The position numbers were made by a program, and so were the translations under genes. From Candidatus Mcinerneyibacteriota bacterium (GTDB lineage Bacteria > Macinerneyibacteriota > Macinerneyibacteria > Macinerneyibacteriales > DSCS01), in contig JAFGWL010000056.1 in assembly GCA_016937175.1 (NCBI GenBank), positions 25,685 through 89,684 of the forward strand: DNA of 64,000 nt, read 5' to 3'. Below are positions 46,952 through 56,889 of this stretch, piece by piece. A model generated the notes under the pieces. That model saw only the letters and a program-made list of their open reading frames with translations, was not told the DNA's origin and did not search any database. The number at the start of each line of letters is the position of its first letter. The first letter of the stretch is position 1.

Positions 46952-47904
46952 TCACTCTCCTTTTTTAAAAAAAACCGTAAACGCTCATTTATAAAATGGT
47001 ATGGTTTGACGTCCTTATTATAGATCATTTCAGCCCATTCGCCCACATTATTATAAAAATCCATTTTTCTGTCAAGTAATTCGTGGATTTTAAGCGAAAA
47101 TATCCTGAGAAGCTCCTTCCGGATGCGCTCTTTTCTCTTTTCCCTGAGCTCCCCGCTCTCCTCCAGCTGACCATAGAGCCTTTCCATCTCATTCCGGAGA
47201 TGATCCAGTCCCTTCTTCATCTTGGCAGAGACCAGGCAGACAGGGTTCATCTTCTCTTTTTCACCGGCATATTTGAACCCCAGGACATATTCCACTTCTG
47301 TGCGAAGCTTTTCAGCTCCCTCTTTGTCGCTCTTATTGATGACAAAAATATCTCCGATCTCCATGACTCCGGCCTTCATCGCCTGGATCTCATCCCCCAT
47401 GCCGGGGACAAGGACAAGGAGGACTAGGTCGGTGAGCTCGATGATATCCACTTCTGTCTGGCCCACTCCGATGGTCTCCACGATAATCGTGTCAAATCCG
47501 GCGGCGTCCAGGACCTTGACTGCGTCGAGCGTCGCGCCGGAAACTCCCCCGAGATGGCCCCGGGAAGCCATGGAGCGGATAAAGACTCCGTCATCCTCTG
47601 CATGGGACTGCATCCTGAGCCGGTCTCCCAGCAGGGCCCCGCCCGTAAAGGGAGAGCTGGGGTCCACGGCCACAACTGCGACTTTCCGGCCCCTATCCCG
47701 CTCACAGGAGATGAGAAGATCAGCGAGTGTGCTCTTGCCGGCGCCGGGCGGGCCTGTAATCCCCCAGACCTGCGCCTTCCCCGTGTGGGGAAAGAGAGCA
47801 TCGATCAACTCCTCGCGCCCTTTTATGTTATTTTCCACCAGAGAGATTCCACGGGCGATGGCCCGGATCTTTCCCCCGATGATATCACGGGCCAACTCGG
47901 TCAT
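46948..47904 (-). CDS. meaB: MeaB/ArgK-type G-protein chaperone of methylmalonyl-CoA mutase
   Basis: P-loop [13 protein letters not shown]; 4-nt overlaps with both neighbours. Confidence 0.85.
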   Translation of the reverse strand: MTELARDIIGGKIRAIARGISLVENNIKGREELIDALFPHTGKAQVWGITGPPGAGKSTLADLLISCERDRGRKVAVVAVDPSSPFTGGALLGDRLRMQSHAEDDGVFIRSMASRGHLGGVSGATLDAVKVLDAAGFDTIIVETIGVGQTEVDIIELTDLVLLVLVPGMGDEIQAMKAGVMEIGDIFVINKSDKEGAEKLRTEVEYVLGFKYAGEKEKMNPVCLVSAKMKKGLDHLRNEMERLYGQLEESGELREKRKERIRKELLRIFSLKIHELLDRKMDFYNNVGEWAEMIYNKDVKPYHFINERLRFFLKKESE

Positions 47905-48308
47905 TGATTCCGTTCATCCCTTTTCGATTCGATAAAATCCACGATCTCCTGTATCGGTGTTCCCGGAGTGAAGACAGCCCGAACTCCTTTTTCCTTCAAG
48001 AAAGGAATATCCTCTTCGGGGATGACACCTCCCCCGAAAACGATGATATCGGCAGCATCATTCTCACGGAGAAGATCCACGATCCGGGGAAAGAGTTCGT
48101 TATGAGCCCCTGAAAGAAGACTCAGCCCGACAAAATCAACATCCTCCTGCAGGGCCGTCCTGACAATGCTTTCGGGAGTCTGCCGGATGCCTGTATAGAT
48201 GACTTCATACCCTTCATCTTTCAGAGCCCGGGCGACATATTTTGCTCCTCTGTCATGGCCGTCCAGGCCGGGTTTGGCGATCAGTATCCTTAATTTTCGT
48301 TTACTCAT
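47901..48308 (-). CDS. Methylmalonyl-CoA mutase B12-binding subunit
   Basis: DxHxxG cobalamin-binding motif ([12 protein letters not shown]). Confidence 0.85.
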   Translation of the reverse strand: MSKRKLRILIAKPGLDGHDRGAKYVARALKDEGYEVIYTGIRQTPESIVRTALQEDVDFVGLSLLSGAHNELFPRIVDLLRENDAADIIVFGGGVIPEEDIPFLKEKGVRAVFTPGTPIQEIVDFIESKRDERNQ

Positions 48309-48319
48309 TTTTTCCCCCT

Positions 48320-49993
48320 TTACAGAACAATAGACTCTTTATATTCTCCGTAGACTTCCCTCAGGATATTGCATATCTCCCCCAGAGAGGCATATTCCCG
48401 TACAGCATCGATGATGAGCGGCATCAGGTTCACATCAGGCTTCGCTGCGGCGTCTTCCAGGGCTTTCAACGCCTTTTTAACCGCCTCATTATCACGTTCG
48501 GCTTTTGTCCGGGCCAGTTTTTTGACCTGAAGGTCCCGCAAAGCGGGATCGACTTTGAGAAGGTCTCTGGGAGCTTCCTCTTTGATCGTAAACTTGTTGA
48601 CACCCACAACGATACGGTCACCTTTTTCCACATCCTTCTGGTAACGGTAGGCGGCATCCTGGATCTCTTTCTGTATATAACCCTTTTCGATAGCTTTTAC
48701 CATTCCGCCCATCTCTTCGATCTTTTCGATATAATCCATGGCTTCGTTGTAGATGCGGCTGGTCAGGGCTTCTACATAATAGGAACCGGCCAGGGGGTCC
48801 ACGGTATTGGCCACCCCGGACTCATGGGCCACGATTTGTTGCGTCCTCAAAGCAATACGGACAGAATCCTCTGTGGGCAGGGCCAGAGCCTCGTCTCTGG
48901 AATTTGTATGAAGGCTCTGGGTCCCTCCCAAAACAGCGGCCAAAGTCTGGATCGCAACACGGACGATATTGTTGTCCGGTTGCTGAGCGGTCAGGGTCGA
49001 ACCTCCTGTCTGTGTATGAAAACGCAGCATCATGGACTTCGAGGACTTTGCAAGAAACTTCTCTTTCATGAGCGTCGCCCATATCCTCCTGGCAGCCCGG
49101 TATTTGGCTACTTCTTCCAGAAGGTCGTTATGAGCATTGAAGAAAAAGGAGAGACGGTCGGCGAACTGGTCTACATCGAGCCCTGCCCTGACTGCGGTCT
49201 TGACATATTCCATGCCGTCGGCGATGGTAAACGCCACTTCCTGGACAGCCGTAGACCCCGCCTCCCTGATATGATAACCGGAAATGCTGATAGTGTTCCA
49301 TTTGGGGACCTCTTTTGAGCAGAACTCAAAGATATTCGTGATCAGGCGCATGGAGGGCTCCGGAGGAAAGATATAGGTCCCCCGGGCGATATACTCTTTC
49401 AGGATATCATTCTGTATCGTCCCGCGGAGCTGATCCCGGGAGACGCCCTGCTTTTCTCCTACGACGATATACATGGCCAGAAGGACCGAGGCAGGAGCAT
49501 TGATGGTCATGGATGTGGAGACTTTGTCCAGGGGGATCCCCTCGAAAAGGATCTCCATATCTTTGAGTGTATCGATGGCGACACCCACTTTTCCCACTTC
49601 GCCCACACTCATGGCATCATCCGAGTCATACCCGATCTGCGTCGGCAGATCAAAAGCCACGGAGAGGCCGGTCTGGCCTTGCTCCAGCAAATATTTATAC
49701 CTTCTGTTGGATTCTTCAGCTGTGCCGAATCCGGCATATTGCCGCATGGTCCAGAAACGGCCCCGGTACATGGTAGGCTGGACACCCCTTGTGAAGGGGT
49801 ATTCTCCGGGAAAGCCGACTTCATCCAGCCAGCGCTCTTCGTCAAAGGACTCAGGAGAATAGGCACGGTCTACGGGGATATCCGATCCCGTAACAAAGAT
49901 CTCTTTCCGTTCCGGGAAACGGCTGATGACTTTATCTACGGTTTTTTCCTCCCACTTTCTGCGGGCTTCCTTGATTTTCTTATACTCTTCCAC
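48320..49993 (-). CDS. Methylmalonyl-CoA mutase catalytic (large) subunit
   Basis: 557 aa; TIM-barrel mutase N-domain. Confidence 0.9.
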   Translation of the reverse strand: MEEYKKIKEARRKWEEKTVDKVISRFPERKEIFVTGSDIPVDRAYSPESFDEERWLDEVGFPGEYPFTRGVQPTMYRGRFWTMRQYAGFGTAEESNRRYKYLLEQGQTGLSVAFDLPTQIGYDSDDAMSVGEVGKVGVAIDTLKDMEILFEGIPLDKVSTSMTINAPASVLLAMYIVVGEKQGVSRDQLRGTIQNDILKEYIARGTYIFPPEPSMRLITNIFEFCSKEVPKWNTISISGYHIREAGSTAVQEVAFTIADGMEYVKTAVRAGLDVDQFADRLSFFFNAHNDLLEEVAKYRAARRIWATLMKEKFLAKSSKSMMLRFHTQTGGSTLTAQQPDNNIVRVAIQTLAAVLGGTQSLHTNSRDEALALPTEDSVRIALRTQQIVAHESGVANTVDPLAGSYYVEALTSRIYNEAMDYIEKIEEMGGMVKAIEKGYIQKEIQDAAYRYQKDVEKGDRIVVGVNKFTIKEEAPRDLLKVDPALRDLQVKKLARTKAERDNEAVKKALKALEDAAAKPDVNLMPLIIDAVREYASLGEICNILREVYGEYKESIVL

Positions 49994-50003
49994 GATAGCC
50001 TCC

Positions 50004-51203
50004 TTACTTTTCCTGTGTCAGCTCAAGGGTCTCTTTGGCGATCATCAACTCTTCGTTGGTGGGGATGACCAGGACTTTGATGCGGCTTTCCGGAGCGGAG
50101 ATATCCACTCTTTTCCCCCGCACCTTGTTCTTCTCCTTGTCGATTTTAATCCCCAAAAACTCCATTCCGCTGCAGATCTCTTCTCTGGTCTCCCAACCGT
50201 TCTCCCCGATACCGGCGGTAAAGACAAGGGCATCGGCCCCGTTCATGACAGCCAGATAGCCCCCTATAAACTTTTTAGCGTTATAATGGACAAGGTCCAG
50301 GGCCAGCTGGGCCCTCTTGTCTTTCTCGTTCCAGGCCTTCTGCTCGATGTCCCGCATATCGCTCGAGATCCCCGAGACGCCCAGCATCCCGCTTTTTTTG
50401 TAAATAAGGTCATGCAGGCTCTCAGGCGTGAAATCCCCTGTATTGAGAAGGTGAGTCAATATTCCCGGATCGAAATCACCGGCCCGGGTACCCATGGGGA
50501 TCCCGCACATGGTACTGAAACCCAGGGAAGTGTCCACAGAATGGCCGTTCTGAACGGCGCTGAAAGATGTCCCGTTCCCCATATGGCAGGTAATGACCTT
50601 GATCTCCTCAAAGGGGCGCCCCAGCATAGCTGCCGCTTCCAGAGCCACATAATGATGGGATGTCCCGTGAAATCCGTACCTGCGTATCCCGTACTGCTCG
50701 TAAAGCTCATAAGGCAGAGCATACATATAGGCCTTTTCGGGCATCCTTGAATGGAAAGAGGTATCAAAGACGATGACATTGGGGACCTGCGGGATCAGCT
50801 CCAGCATAGCCTTGACACCCACCAGGTTGTGCGGATTGTGAAGAGGAGCCAGATGATTCAGCTTTTCCAGAGCGGGAATATCCTCAGCAGTGACCACAGC
50901 AGAATCTTTATACTCTTCTCCTCCGTGGACATAACGATGTCCCACAGCATCGATCTCATTGAAATCGGAGATGACTCCGTGTTCTGAATCCGTCAGAATA
51001 TCGAGAACGGCAGAGAGCCCTTCCTTATGTCCGGGAATCTGAAGGGTTTTTTTGTGTTGATCTCCATCCGTCTTCCAGGAGATGGCCGATTCTTCCAGGC
51101 CGATCCTCTCCACAAGTCCCCTCAGCAAGACCTCTTCGCTTGACATGTCAAGCATCTGGAACTTGATGGATGAACTTCCTGAATTCAATACCAAAATTTT
51201 CAT
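50004..51203 (-). CDS. ackA: Acetate (propionate) kinase
   Basis: [17 protein letters not shown]-terminal motif. 399 aa. Confidence 0.9.
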   Translation of the reverse strand: MKILVLNSGSSSIKFQMLDMSSEEVLLRGLVERIGLEESAISWKTDGDQHKKTLQIPGHKEGLSAVLDILTDSEHGVISDFNEIDAVGHRYVHGGEEYKDSAVVTAEDIPALEKLNHLAPLHNPHNLVGVKAMLELIPQVPNVIVFDTSFHSRMPEKAYMYALPYELYEQYGIRRYGFHGTSHHYVALEAAAMLGRPFEEIKVITCHMGNGTSFSAVQNGHSVDTSLGFSTMCGIPMGTRAGDFDPGILTHLLNTGDFTPESLHDLIYKKSGMLGVSGISSDMRDIEQKAWNEKDKRAQLALDLVHYNAKKFIGGYLAVMNGADALVFTAGIGENGWETREEICSGMEFLGIKIDKEKNKVRGKRVDISAPESRIKVLVIPTNEELMIAKETLELTQEK

Positions 51204-52534
51204 AAATCTTCCTCCAATTGGCTGTTTCGTTTCAACTTAATCACAACTTCTCCGTCAATCGTATCCCGGTTGAAATCGGCAGAAAAGAAGAGTCTTGAGA
51301 AATTTGCATAGACACCTTCATTCTTATAGACTTCATTGAGATAGAGACTGTCCATATAGAGACTGATATGGGAGCTACGGTATATCAGGCCCCGCACAAA
51401 ATCCCCTGCCCGGGAAGAGGGTAAGATCCCCGTCTCCAGGCCCCGGTTATAGATTTTTAAGCTGTGCAGGCTGTCAAAAAAAAGAAGAAAATCCCCCCGG
51501 GCGTAATAGAAGGGCCTTTTCATCTCCTCCCACTTTTCTTTAAACAAGTTCTTAACGATGAGGCCGGCTATCCCTGTCACATCCACAGTCCAGGCCCGAA
51601 GTCCGTCGAAATCATCTTCCCTGAACTCAACAGGGTAGCGTTTTTCCAATTCTCCGGCGATCCGCCCCATCTCTTTCAATCCGGTTTCTTTCTCCATGAC
51701 GGCGAAATAATCATCCACATCGCGGGCTCCGATCACGGCTCCCGCTTCTAAAAGGGGCATGATCTGTTTCTCGATATCGATGCCTGTCTTTTCATAGATC
51801 TTTCTTCGGGTCTCCATGAACTTCTGAAAAAGGGCACTCCTCTGAAACATCTTTCTGATACGGGCATAATGAGCTTCGAAATCCGCCATGTTGACCTTGA
51901 GTATAAAGTCGGAATCGGAAGGGACCAGGGCCAGACACTTCTCCGCCCGGGCCTGCTGCGCAGCATCCCCTATGGGGTTCTTCATGTGATAGGAGATTTT
52001 AAGCGCGTTGTGCCGGGATAAGACATTGACTTCACCCCAGAGGGCTTCTCCGAGTTCCTCCTCTTTCAAAAACATCTCAGGCCTCTTCAGGACAAACCGG
52101 GCATCCCCTCCTCCTTTGAGCTTTCCTGTCTCTTCCCTGTGTGATCCGATATAGCCCCCCGTCATGACATAGTCTTTATTGGTCGTAATACAGAGTACAT
52201 TCCCTTCCACCGGACCCAGCGAGGAAAAGAGCGGCGCTAAAAATGAGAGTTCGATGAAAATATAGGTGTTTTTATCCTGATCCAGGGCCAGATAAAAGTC
52301 TTTACCAGGGAGCCATCTGATCCACTTCTTACTCTTGAATTCTCCTGCATAACGGTCAACAAGAGGGGAATCAAGTTTGAGAAAAGACTTGAAAGAGCGG
52401 ACTTTGGCAAAAGCCACGGTGTCCTGAGGGAAAAAATCAGGAGCGCTCCGGCGGTTAAAAAGATAGTACGCCCCGATGGTTAAGAGAATAAGGAGAATTA
52501 GGGTCAGGGCAACCCCGGGAATTTTTTTTTTCAT
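51200..52534 (-). CDS. Hypothetical N-terminally anchored protein (about 444 aa)
   Basis: Start MKKKIPGVALTLILL with GGGGA SD. The track start at 52555 is a TTG abutting the tRNA. 4-nt overlap with ackA. Confidence 0.55.
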   Translation of the reverse strand: MKKKIPGVALTLILLILLTIGAYYLFNRRSAPDFFPQDTVAFAKVRSFKSFLKLDSPLVDRYAGEFKSKKWIRWLPGKDFYLALDQDKNTYIFIELSFLAPLFSSLGPVEGNVLCITTNKDYVMTGGYIGSHREETGKLKGGGDARFVLKRPEMFLKEEELGEALWGEVNVLSRHNALKISYHMKNPIGDAAQQARAEKCLALVPSDSDFILKVNMADFEAHYARIRKMFQRSALFQKFMETRRKIYEKTGIDIEKQIMPLLEAGAVIGARDVDDYFAVMEKETGLKEMGRIAGELEKRYPVEFREDDFDGLRAWTVDVTGIAGLIVKNLFKEKWEEMKRPFYYARGDFLLFFDSLHSLKIYNRGLETGILPSSRAGDFVRGLIYRSSHISLYMDSLYLNEVYKNEGVYANFSRLFFSADFNRDTIDGEVVIKLKRNSQLEEDL

Positions 52535-52555
52535 TATTTTCCCCGCCAAAAGCAA

Positions 52556-52628
52556 TGTGCCCGAAAGGAGTCGAACCTTCAGCCTACAGATCCGGAGTCT
52601 GTCGCTCTATCCATTGAGCTACGGGCAC
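52556..52628 (-). tRNA. tRNA-Arg (anticodon CCG)
   Basis: Hand-folded cloverleaf: acceptor GUGCCCG/CGGGCAC, D-stem GCUC/GAGC, anticodon stem ACAGA/UCUGU with loop CUCCGGA, T-stem GAAGG/CCUUU with loop UUCGACU. No encoded CCA. Confidence 0.85.
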
Positions 52629-52639
52629 GTACGAGCAGT

Positions 52640-52667
52640 ATTATAATGGCCCTTTAAGACTTGTCAA
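52640..52667 (-). promoter_or_regulatory. Perfect consensus sigma70 promoter TTGACA-16nt-TATAAT driving tRNA-Arg
   Basis: Minus-strand TTGACA (plus 52662-52667), 16-nt spacer, TATAAT (plus 52640-52645). tRNA +1 lies 11 nt downstream. Confidence 0.6.
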
Positions 52668-52688
52668 GACAGATAACAGCCTCTTTGC

Positions 52689-54077
52689 TCAATTCAGCTC
52701 GAAGGATTCACCCATTTCCGGCACGTAGATCTCCGCTTTCGAGATCTCACCGAGAGACTCTGCAAAAGCGAGAGCAGACTCCTCTTCTCCATGGACGACG
52801 AAGATCTTTTCAGGCTCCTGTTTCAGCCCCCGGACAAATCCCAGAAGCTCATCTCTGTCCGCATGGGCGGAGAAGGATTCGATACGCGCGACTTCAGCAT
52901 GGACTTCATAAGGTTCTCCGAAGATCTTTACCGGACTTTCGCCGGTGAGGATCTTCCTGCCCAGGGTATTTTCAGCCTGAAAACCCACAAAAAGGACAGT
53001 ATTGCGCTCATCTTCGACATTATTCTTGAGATGGTGAAGAATGCGTCCCGCTTCAGCCATACCCGATGCCGATATAATGATCATGGGATCCTGAGTGTCA
53101 TTGAGTTTTTTGGAGTCTTCCACATGCTGAATGTAACGAAGACTGTCGAAACCGAAGGGGTCCCCTTCCCTGACCAGGAAATCATGGGTCTCCCTGTCGA
53201 AGCATTCGGCATGAAGCCTGAAGACGGAAGTGGCGTTGACACTCAGGGGGCTGTCGACAAAGACAGGGACATCGGGGATCTGATTACGGAGGAAAAGACG
53301 GTGAAGCGCATAGACCAGCTCCTGGGTCCGACCCACGGAAAAAGAGGGGACGATGACTTTTCCGTTTCTCTTTACTGTCCTGGTGATGACAGCTGCCAGC
53401 TCCTTTTCCATATTCTCGATATCGTCATGCAGCCGGTTTCCGTAAGTACTCTCAATGACCAGGTAATCCACGGGAAGGTCGATGGAATCGGGATCCCTCA
53501 GAATAGGAAGGTTTTTCCGGCCCAGGTCTCCGGAAAAAAGGATGTTTTTCCCCTCTGCTTGAACCATGATCATGGCAGAACCCAGTATATGGCCTGCGTC
53601 ATAGAATTTCAGCTTGATGTCGTCATGCAAGGCAAAGAGCCGGTTATAGTTATAACTGACGAAATACTGGAGGGCGTTGATGGCGTCATCCATGGTATAG
53701 AGGGGCTCGAAGGGATTTTTCCCACTTCTTATCCTTTTTTTATTCACATAAGCCACATCAAATTCCTGAATATGGGCGGAATCCCTGAGCATGATATTGG
53801 CCAGGTCGCGTGTGGCATGGGTGCAGACGATATCTCCTTCAAACCCGCGACTGACCAGGGTGGGTATACTTCCTGAATGATCGATGTGGGCGTGGGTGAG
53901 CAAAACGGCATCCACAGCTTCCGGATCGATCCCCTCCAGCCTGCGGTTCATCTCAAAGGCTTCCTTGCGCTTACCCTGAAAAAGGCCGCAATCGACGAGG
54001 ATCTGCCGGTTCCCCGTCTCCAGAAGATGTTTTGATCCGGTCACTGTCCTGGCTGCTCCATGGAACGATAATCTCAT
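52689..54077 (-). CDS. Metallo-beta-lactamase/beta-CASP family ribonuclease (RNase J/CPSF-like)
   Basis: LLTHAHIDHSGSIP (HxHxDH). Start MRLSFHG with AAGGAG SD; the thyX stop lies between the SD and the ATG. Confidence 0.8.
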   Translation of the reverse strand: MRLSFHGAARTVTGSKHLLETGNRQILVDCGLFQGKRKEAFEMNRRLEGIDPEAVDAVLLTHAHIDHSGSIPTLVSRGFEGDIVCTHATRDLANIMLRDSAHIQEFDVAYVNKKRIRSGKNPFEPLYTMDDAINALQYFVSYNYNRLFALHDDIKLKFYDAGHILGSAMIMVQAEGKNILFSGDLGRKNLPILRDPDSIDLPVDYLVIESTYGNRLHDDIENMEKELAAVITRTVKRNGKVIVPSFSVGRTQELVYALHRLFLRNQIPDVPVFVDSPLSVNATSVFRLHAECFDRETHDFLVREGDPFGFDSLRYIQHVEDSKKLNDTQDPMIIISASGMAEAGRILHHLKNNVEDERNTVLFVGFQAENTLGRKILTGESPVKIFGEPYEVHAEVARIESFSAHADRDELLGFVRGLKQEPEKIFVVHGEEESALAFAESLGEISKAEIYVPEMGESFELN

Positions 54078-54078
54078 C

Positions 54079-55542
54079 CTATTCTCCTTTTTTTTCATTT
54101 CTCATTCTTATAAAAGCATCTTTTCCCATGAGTTGTCCGGTCAAAAGAGGATAGGCTTCATGGAGTTTCTCCCGTATCATCTCTGACAAGGCCCGGATCC
54201 CCCATTGGGCATGGGTGTCGCTCCGGAGACGGACAAAATGGTACCATTCGCGGAGGTTGGCTTTGACCACGACTTTTCGTCTGTGGGCATTGGTAAGGAC
54301 ATAGCCTGCCCCGTTCTTATCGTATAATCTCACTTTCTCATAAAATTCATTGACTCTTTCGATCTCTTCCATGAAAGAGCCTTCTTCCCCTATCTCTTTG
54401 ATGGAATCGGGGACCGTAACCCCCAGGCCGGGAGTGTATTCCCCCGTTAGCCGGCTCATCAGGCGATGCCTTTTCAGCTGGGCATAACAGGAGGCCGAGG
54501 CCAGGACTTCAAATGTCGCTGTGGCCAGTTCAAAGGCCCTGTCCACGCTGTCATAAAAGTTGATCCCCTTCATCGCCTCCCTGATAACGCTCTTCTTGTC
54601 AATGGTTTTGATATTGTCCAGAAGGGCCTGATAATCATGGCCGGAATCTTCAAAGACCAGTCCGGCCACTACCTTATCCTCACCGTCTGACGTCCATGAA
54701 ACCAGACGGACGATATCGGGGCCGGGATCCAGTCGTTGTGTTTTGACTGGGAATCCTCCCCGCCAGGCTTTCACATCATATTCTCCGGGCTCATGGAAAA
54801 CGACCAGCGAGGGAACCTTGTCCCGGACCAGGCTGAATATCTCGTCTCCCAGCATGCGGACCTCATACAACGGGGAGGCTGCCATCTGACGAAGTATATA
54901 TTCGAGGTTTCTGGCGTTGACTGTCATCCCCATCTGCGATGTGGTGGCCAGAGAGAGGATATACCGGGCGTCCTCTTTCGCCTTTCCCGTCAGCTCCCGT
55001 TCTGAAATCCGGGGTTCCTTCTCTTTGAAATATTCGAGGAGAGCGGTGTAGTACCGGTTATAGAGGTTGTTTTCTCTCTCCAGGAGTTCCCTGAACTCCC
55101 GGGTAAGCTCCTTATCGTCTTTGATCTCATCGGGAGTGATAAAATCTTTTCCAAGTTTAATATACCTTTGTGATTTTTCTGTAAAAGAGAGGAGGCGATG
55201 CTCCTGGAGCCATTCTGAAGCCAGGCGGGAGATTCCGAGAAGATCAAAATTGAAGACGGCATGCTCGGCAATAGATCCGTGCCCCATCCCGTAGATGATC
55301 TTTTCATTGGACCTCCGGGCCTTTTCGACTTCCCGGACAGCCTGGCTTCTCAGCTCCTCAACGGAGAGAGGCGACCGGCTGATGCGGGCATAGGCTGCTG
55401 AGATGGTTTCAGGGGTAAGAGCTCCGTTTTTCAGCAGGCGGATCAGTTCATCCCGGGATCTTTCGTCCTCTTCCAGCAGGGCTTTTTCCATAAGTTGCAG
55501 AAGTGACATGTCAATATTCATGCCGGCAAGAATAACCTTCAT
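54079..55542 (-). CDS. thyX: Flavin-dependent thymidylate synthase, long (double-length) form
   Basis: ThyX signature-like EHRLLSFTEKSQRY in the first half and KRHRLMS in the second half. 487 aa versus about 220-280 aa for canonical ThyX. Confidence 0.7.
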   Translation of the reverse strand: MKVILAGMNIDMSLLQLMEKALLEEDERSRDELIRLLKNGALTPETISAAYARISRSPLSVEELRSQAVREVEKARRSNEKIIYGMGHGSIAEHAVFNFDLLGISRLASEWLQEHRLLSFTEKSQRYIKLGKDFITPDEIKDDKELTREFRELLERENNLYNRYYTALLEYFKEKEPRISERELTGKAKEDARYILSLATTSQMGMTVNARNLEYILRQMAASPLYEVRMLGDEIFSLVRDKVPSLVVFHEPGEYDVKAWRGGFPVKTQRLDPGPDIVRLVSWTSDGEDKVVAGLVFEDSGHDYQALLDNIKTIDKKSVIREAMKGINFYDSVDRAFELATATFEVLASASCYAQLKRHRLMSRLTGEYTPGLGVTVPDSIKEIGEEGSFMEEIERVNEFYEKVRLYDKNGAGYVLTNAHRRKVVVKANLREWYHFVRLRSDTHAQWGIRALSEMIREKLHEAYPLLTGQLMGKDAFIRMRNEKKGE

Positions 55543-55611
55543 GGAACCCCCTTTTTTCGCGAGTATACAGGAGCCTTCCGGTCAAATCAATCCGTTTTTT
55601 GTCCCCGCCGG

Positions 55612-56889
55612 TCAATACCCCTGCATGGCTTTCCCCAGGGAGAAGATTGGCATGTAGATAGCTAAGGTAAGGATCAGGACCACAACGGCCATAAAAATGA
55701 TAAGCATCGGTTCGATGATCTGGCTGATCCTGTCCACCTTCTTATTGATCTCATTGTCATAAAACTGGTTGAACTTCAACAGCATATCGTCCAGGGAACC
55801 GGTCTCTTCCCCTGTCCCCACCATCTGAACAAGGATAGAGGGGTAGATGGGGCCCTCTTCCTGCATACTGGCATAGATGGTATATCCCTGCTGTATTTTT
55901 TTCCTGACTCGGTCCAGAGAGCGCCTGTAGATCTCATTATTGATGATATTGCGCGACAGTTCCAGGGATTCGAGGATATTGATCCCTGCAGTCATAAGCA
56001 ACCCGAAAGTCTTGGAAAAATTTACCAAAATCCCCATCTGATAAATAGGGCCGAGATTGGGAAATTTGAGCAGGAACTTATGATAGTAGAAACGAACAGC
56101 CTCATTTGTCCTGATAAGATACTTCATCAATATCACAAGGGCGATGATGAGGATGAGTACAAAGAAGAAATTCTTCCTCATGAATTCCGCTACGGACATG
56201 ATCATCAGAGTGATGGGAGGGAGTTTTGCCCCCATGTCCGAATAAATCGTCTTGAATTTAGGGATGACAAAAAGCATAACGCCCAGAGTGGCCAGGATAA
56301 TAAAGGAAAAGACAAAGAGAGGGTAGCGGGTAGCCGATTTGATCTTGTCGCTGATGTCTTTCAACCGCTCCATATACTCGCTTATACTGATAAGGGTCAC
56401 GTCAAGGCCGCCCGAAGCCTCGGCGCTTTTTATCATGTTGACAAAAAGGCGGTTAAAGACTTTGGGATATTTGGCAATGGAATCGGAAAAAGCGACTCCT
56501 CCCCGGATATCGTCGATGACTTTTCCCAGGATCTCTCGGAACTCCTGGTTTTTCTCGTCCCGCGTCAATGTCTCCAGAGACTGCATAATGGGAAGCCCTG
56601 CGCTGATCATGGAACCTAATTGCCGGGAAAACATAATAAGCGTGGTAGCATCGACTGAGGTCCCTGATATATTGATCCGGTTAAGGCTTTTGATAAAATC
56701 GATCAGCGAAGGTTTCGAAGAGGCACCCTTTTCATGGATATCCAGGATCGTCTTGTCTTTGTCCCTGAGCATGGAGACAAGCTCTTCGCGGTTCACGGCA
56801 AAGATATTCTGCCTGATCTTCTTCCCGGAAGGTTCAAAGTAGGTCACACGGTATTCAGGCATATCACTCTTCCCCGAAGGTGGCTGCAA
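55612..56889 (-). CDS. gspF: Type II secretion / type IV pilus platform protein (GspF/PilC family)
   Basis: 425 aa, 3-TM GspF topology. Overlaps gspE by 26 nt. Confidence 0.85.
   Translation of the reverse strand: MQPPSGKSDMPEYRVTYFEPSGKKIRQNIFAVNREELVSMLRDKDKTILDIHEKGASSKPSLIDFIKSLNRINISGTSVDATTLIMFSRQLGSMISAGLPIMQSLETLTRDEKNQEFREILGKVIDDIRGGVAFSDSIAKYPKVFNRLFVNMIKSAEASGGLDVTLISISEYMERLKDISDKIKSATRYPLFVFSFIILATLGVMLFVIPKFKTIYSDMGAKLPPITLMIMSVAEFMRKNFFFVLILIIALVILMKYLIRTNEAVRFYYHKFLLKFPNLGPIYQMGILVNFSKTFGLLMTAGINILESLELSRNIINNEIYRRSLDRVRKKIQQGYTIYASMQEEGPIYPSILVQMVGTGEETGSLDDMLLKFNQFYDNEINKKVDRISQIIEPMLIIFMAVVVLILTLAIYMPIFSLGKAMQGY

Noticed and set aside
49994-50003. Cobalamin riboswitch upstream of the B12-dependent mutase genes
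   Set aside because: Only 10 nt separate the mutase from ackA. No leader of adequate size exists anywhere upstream within the operon
49926-50750. 274-aa plus-strand ORF
   Set aside because: Antisense to ackA and the mutase 5' end
52500-52700. Integrated mobile element next to the tRNA
   Set aside because: No integrase, no direct repeat of the tRNA 3' end and no atypical gene content were seen. Flanking genes are housekeeping
52791-53876. 361-aa plus-strand ORF
   Set aside because: Antisense to the beta-CASP RNase gene
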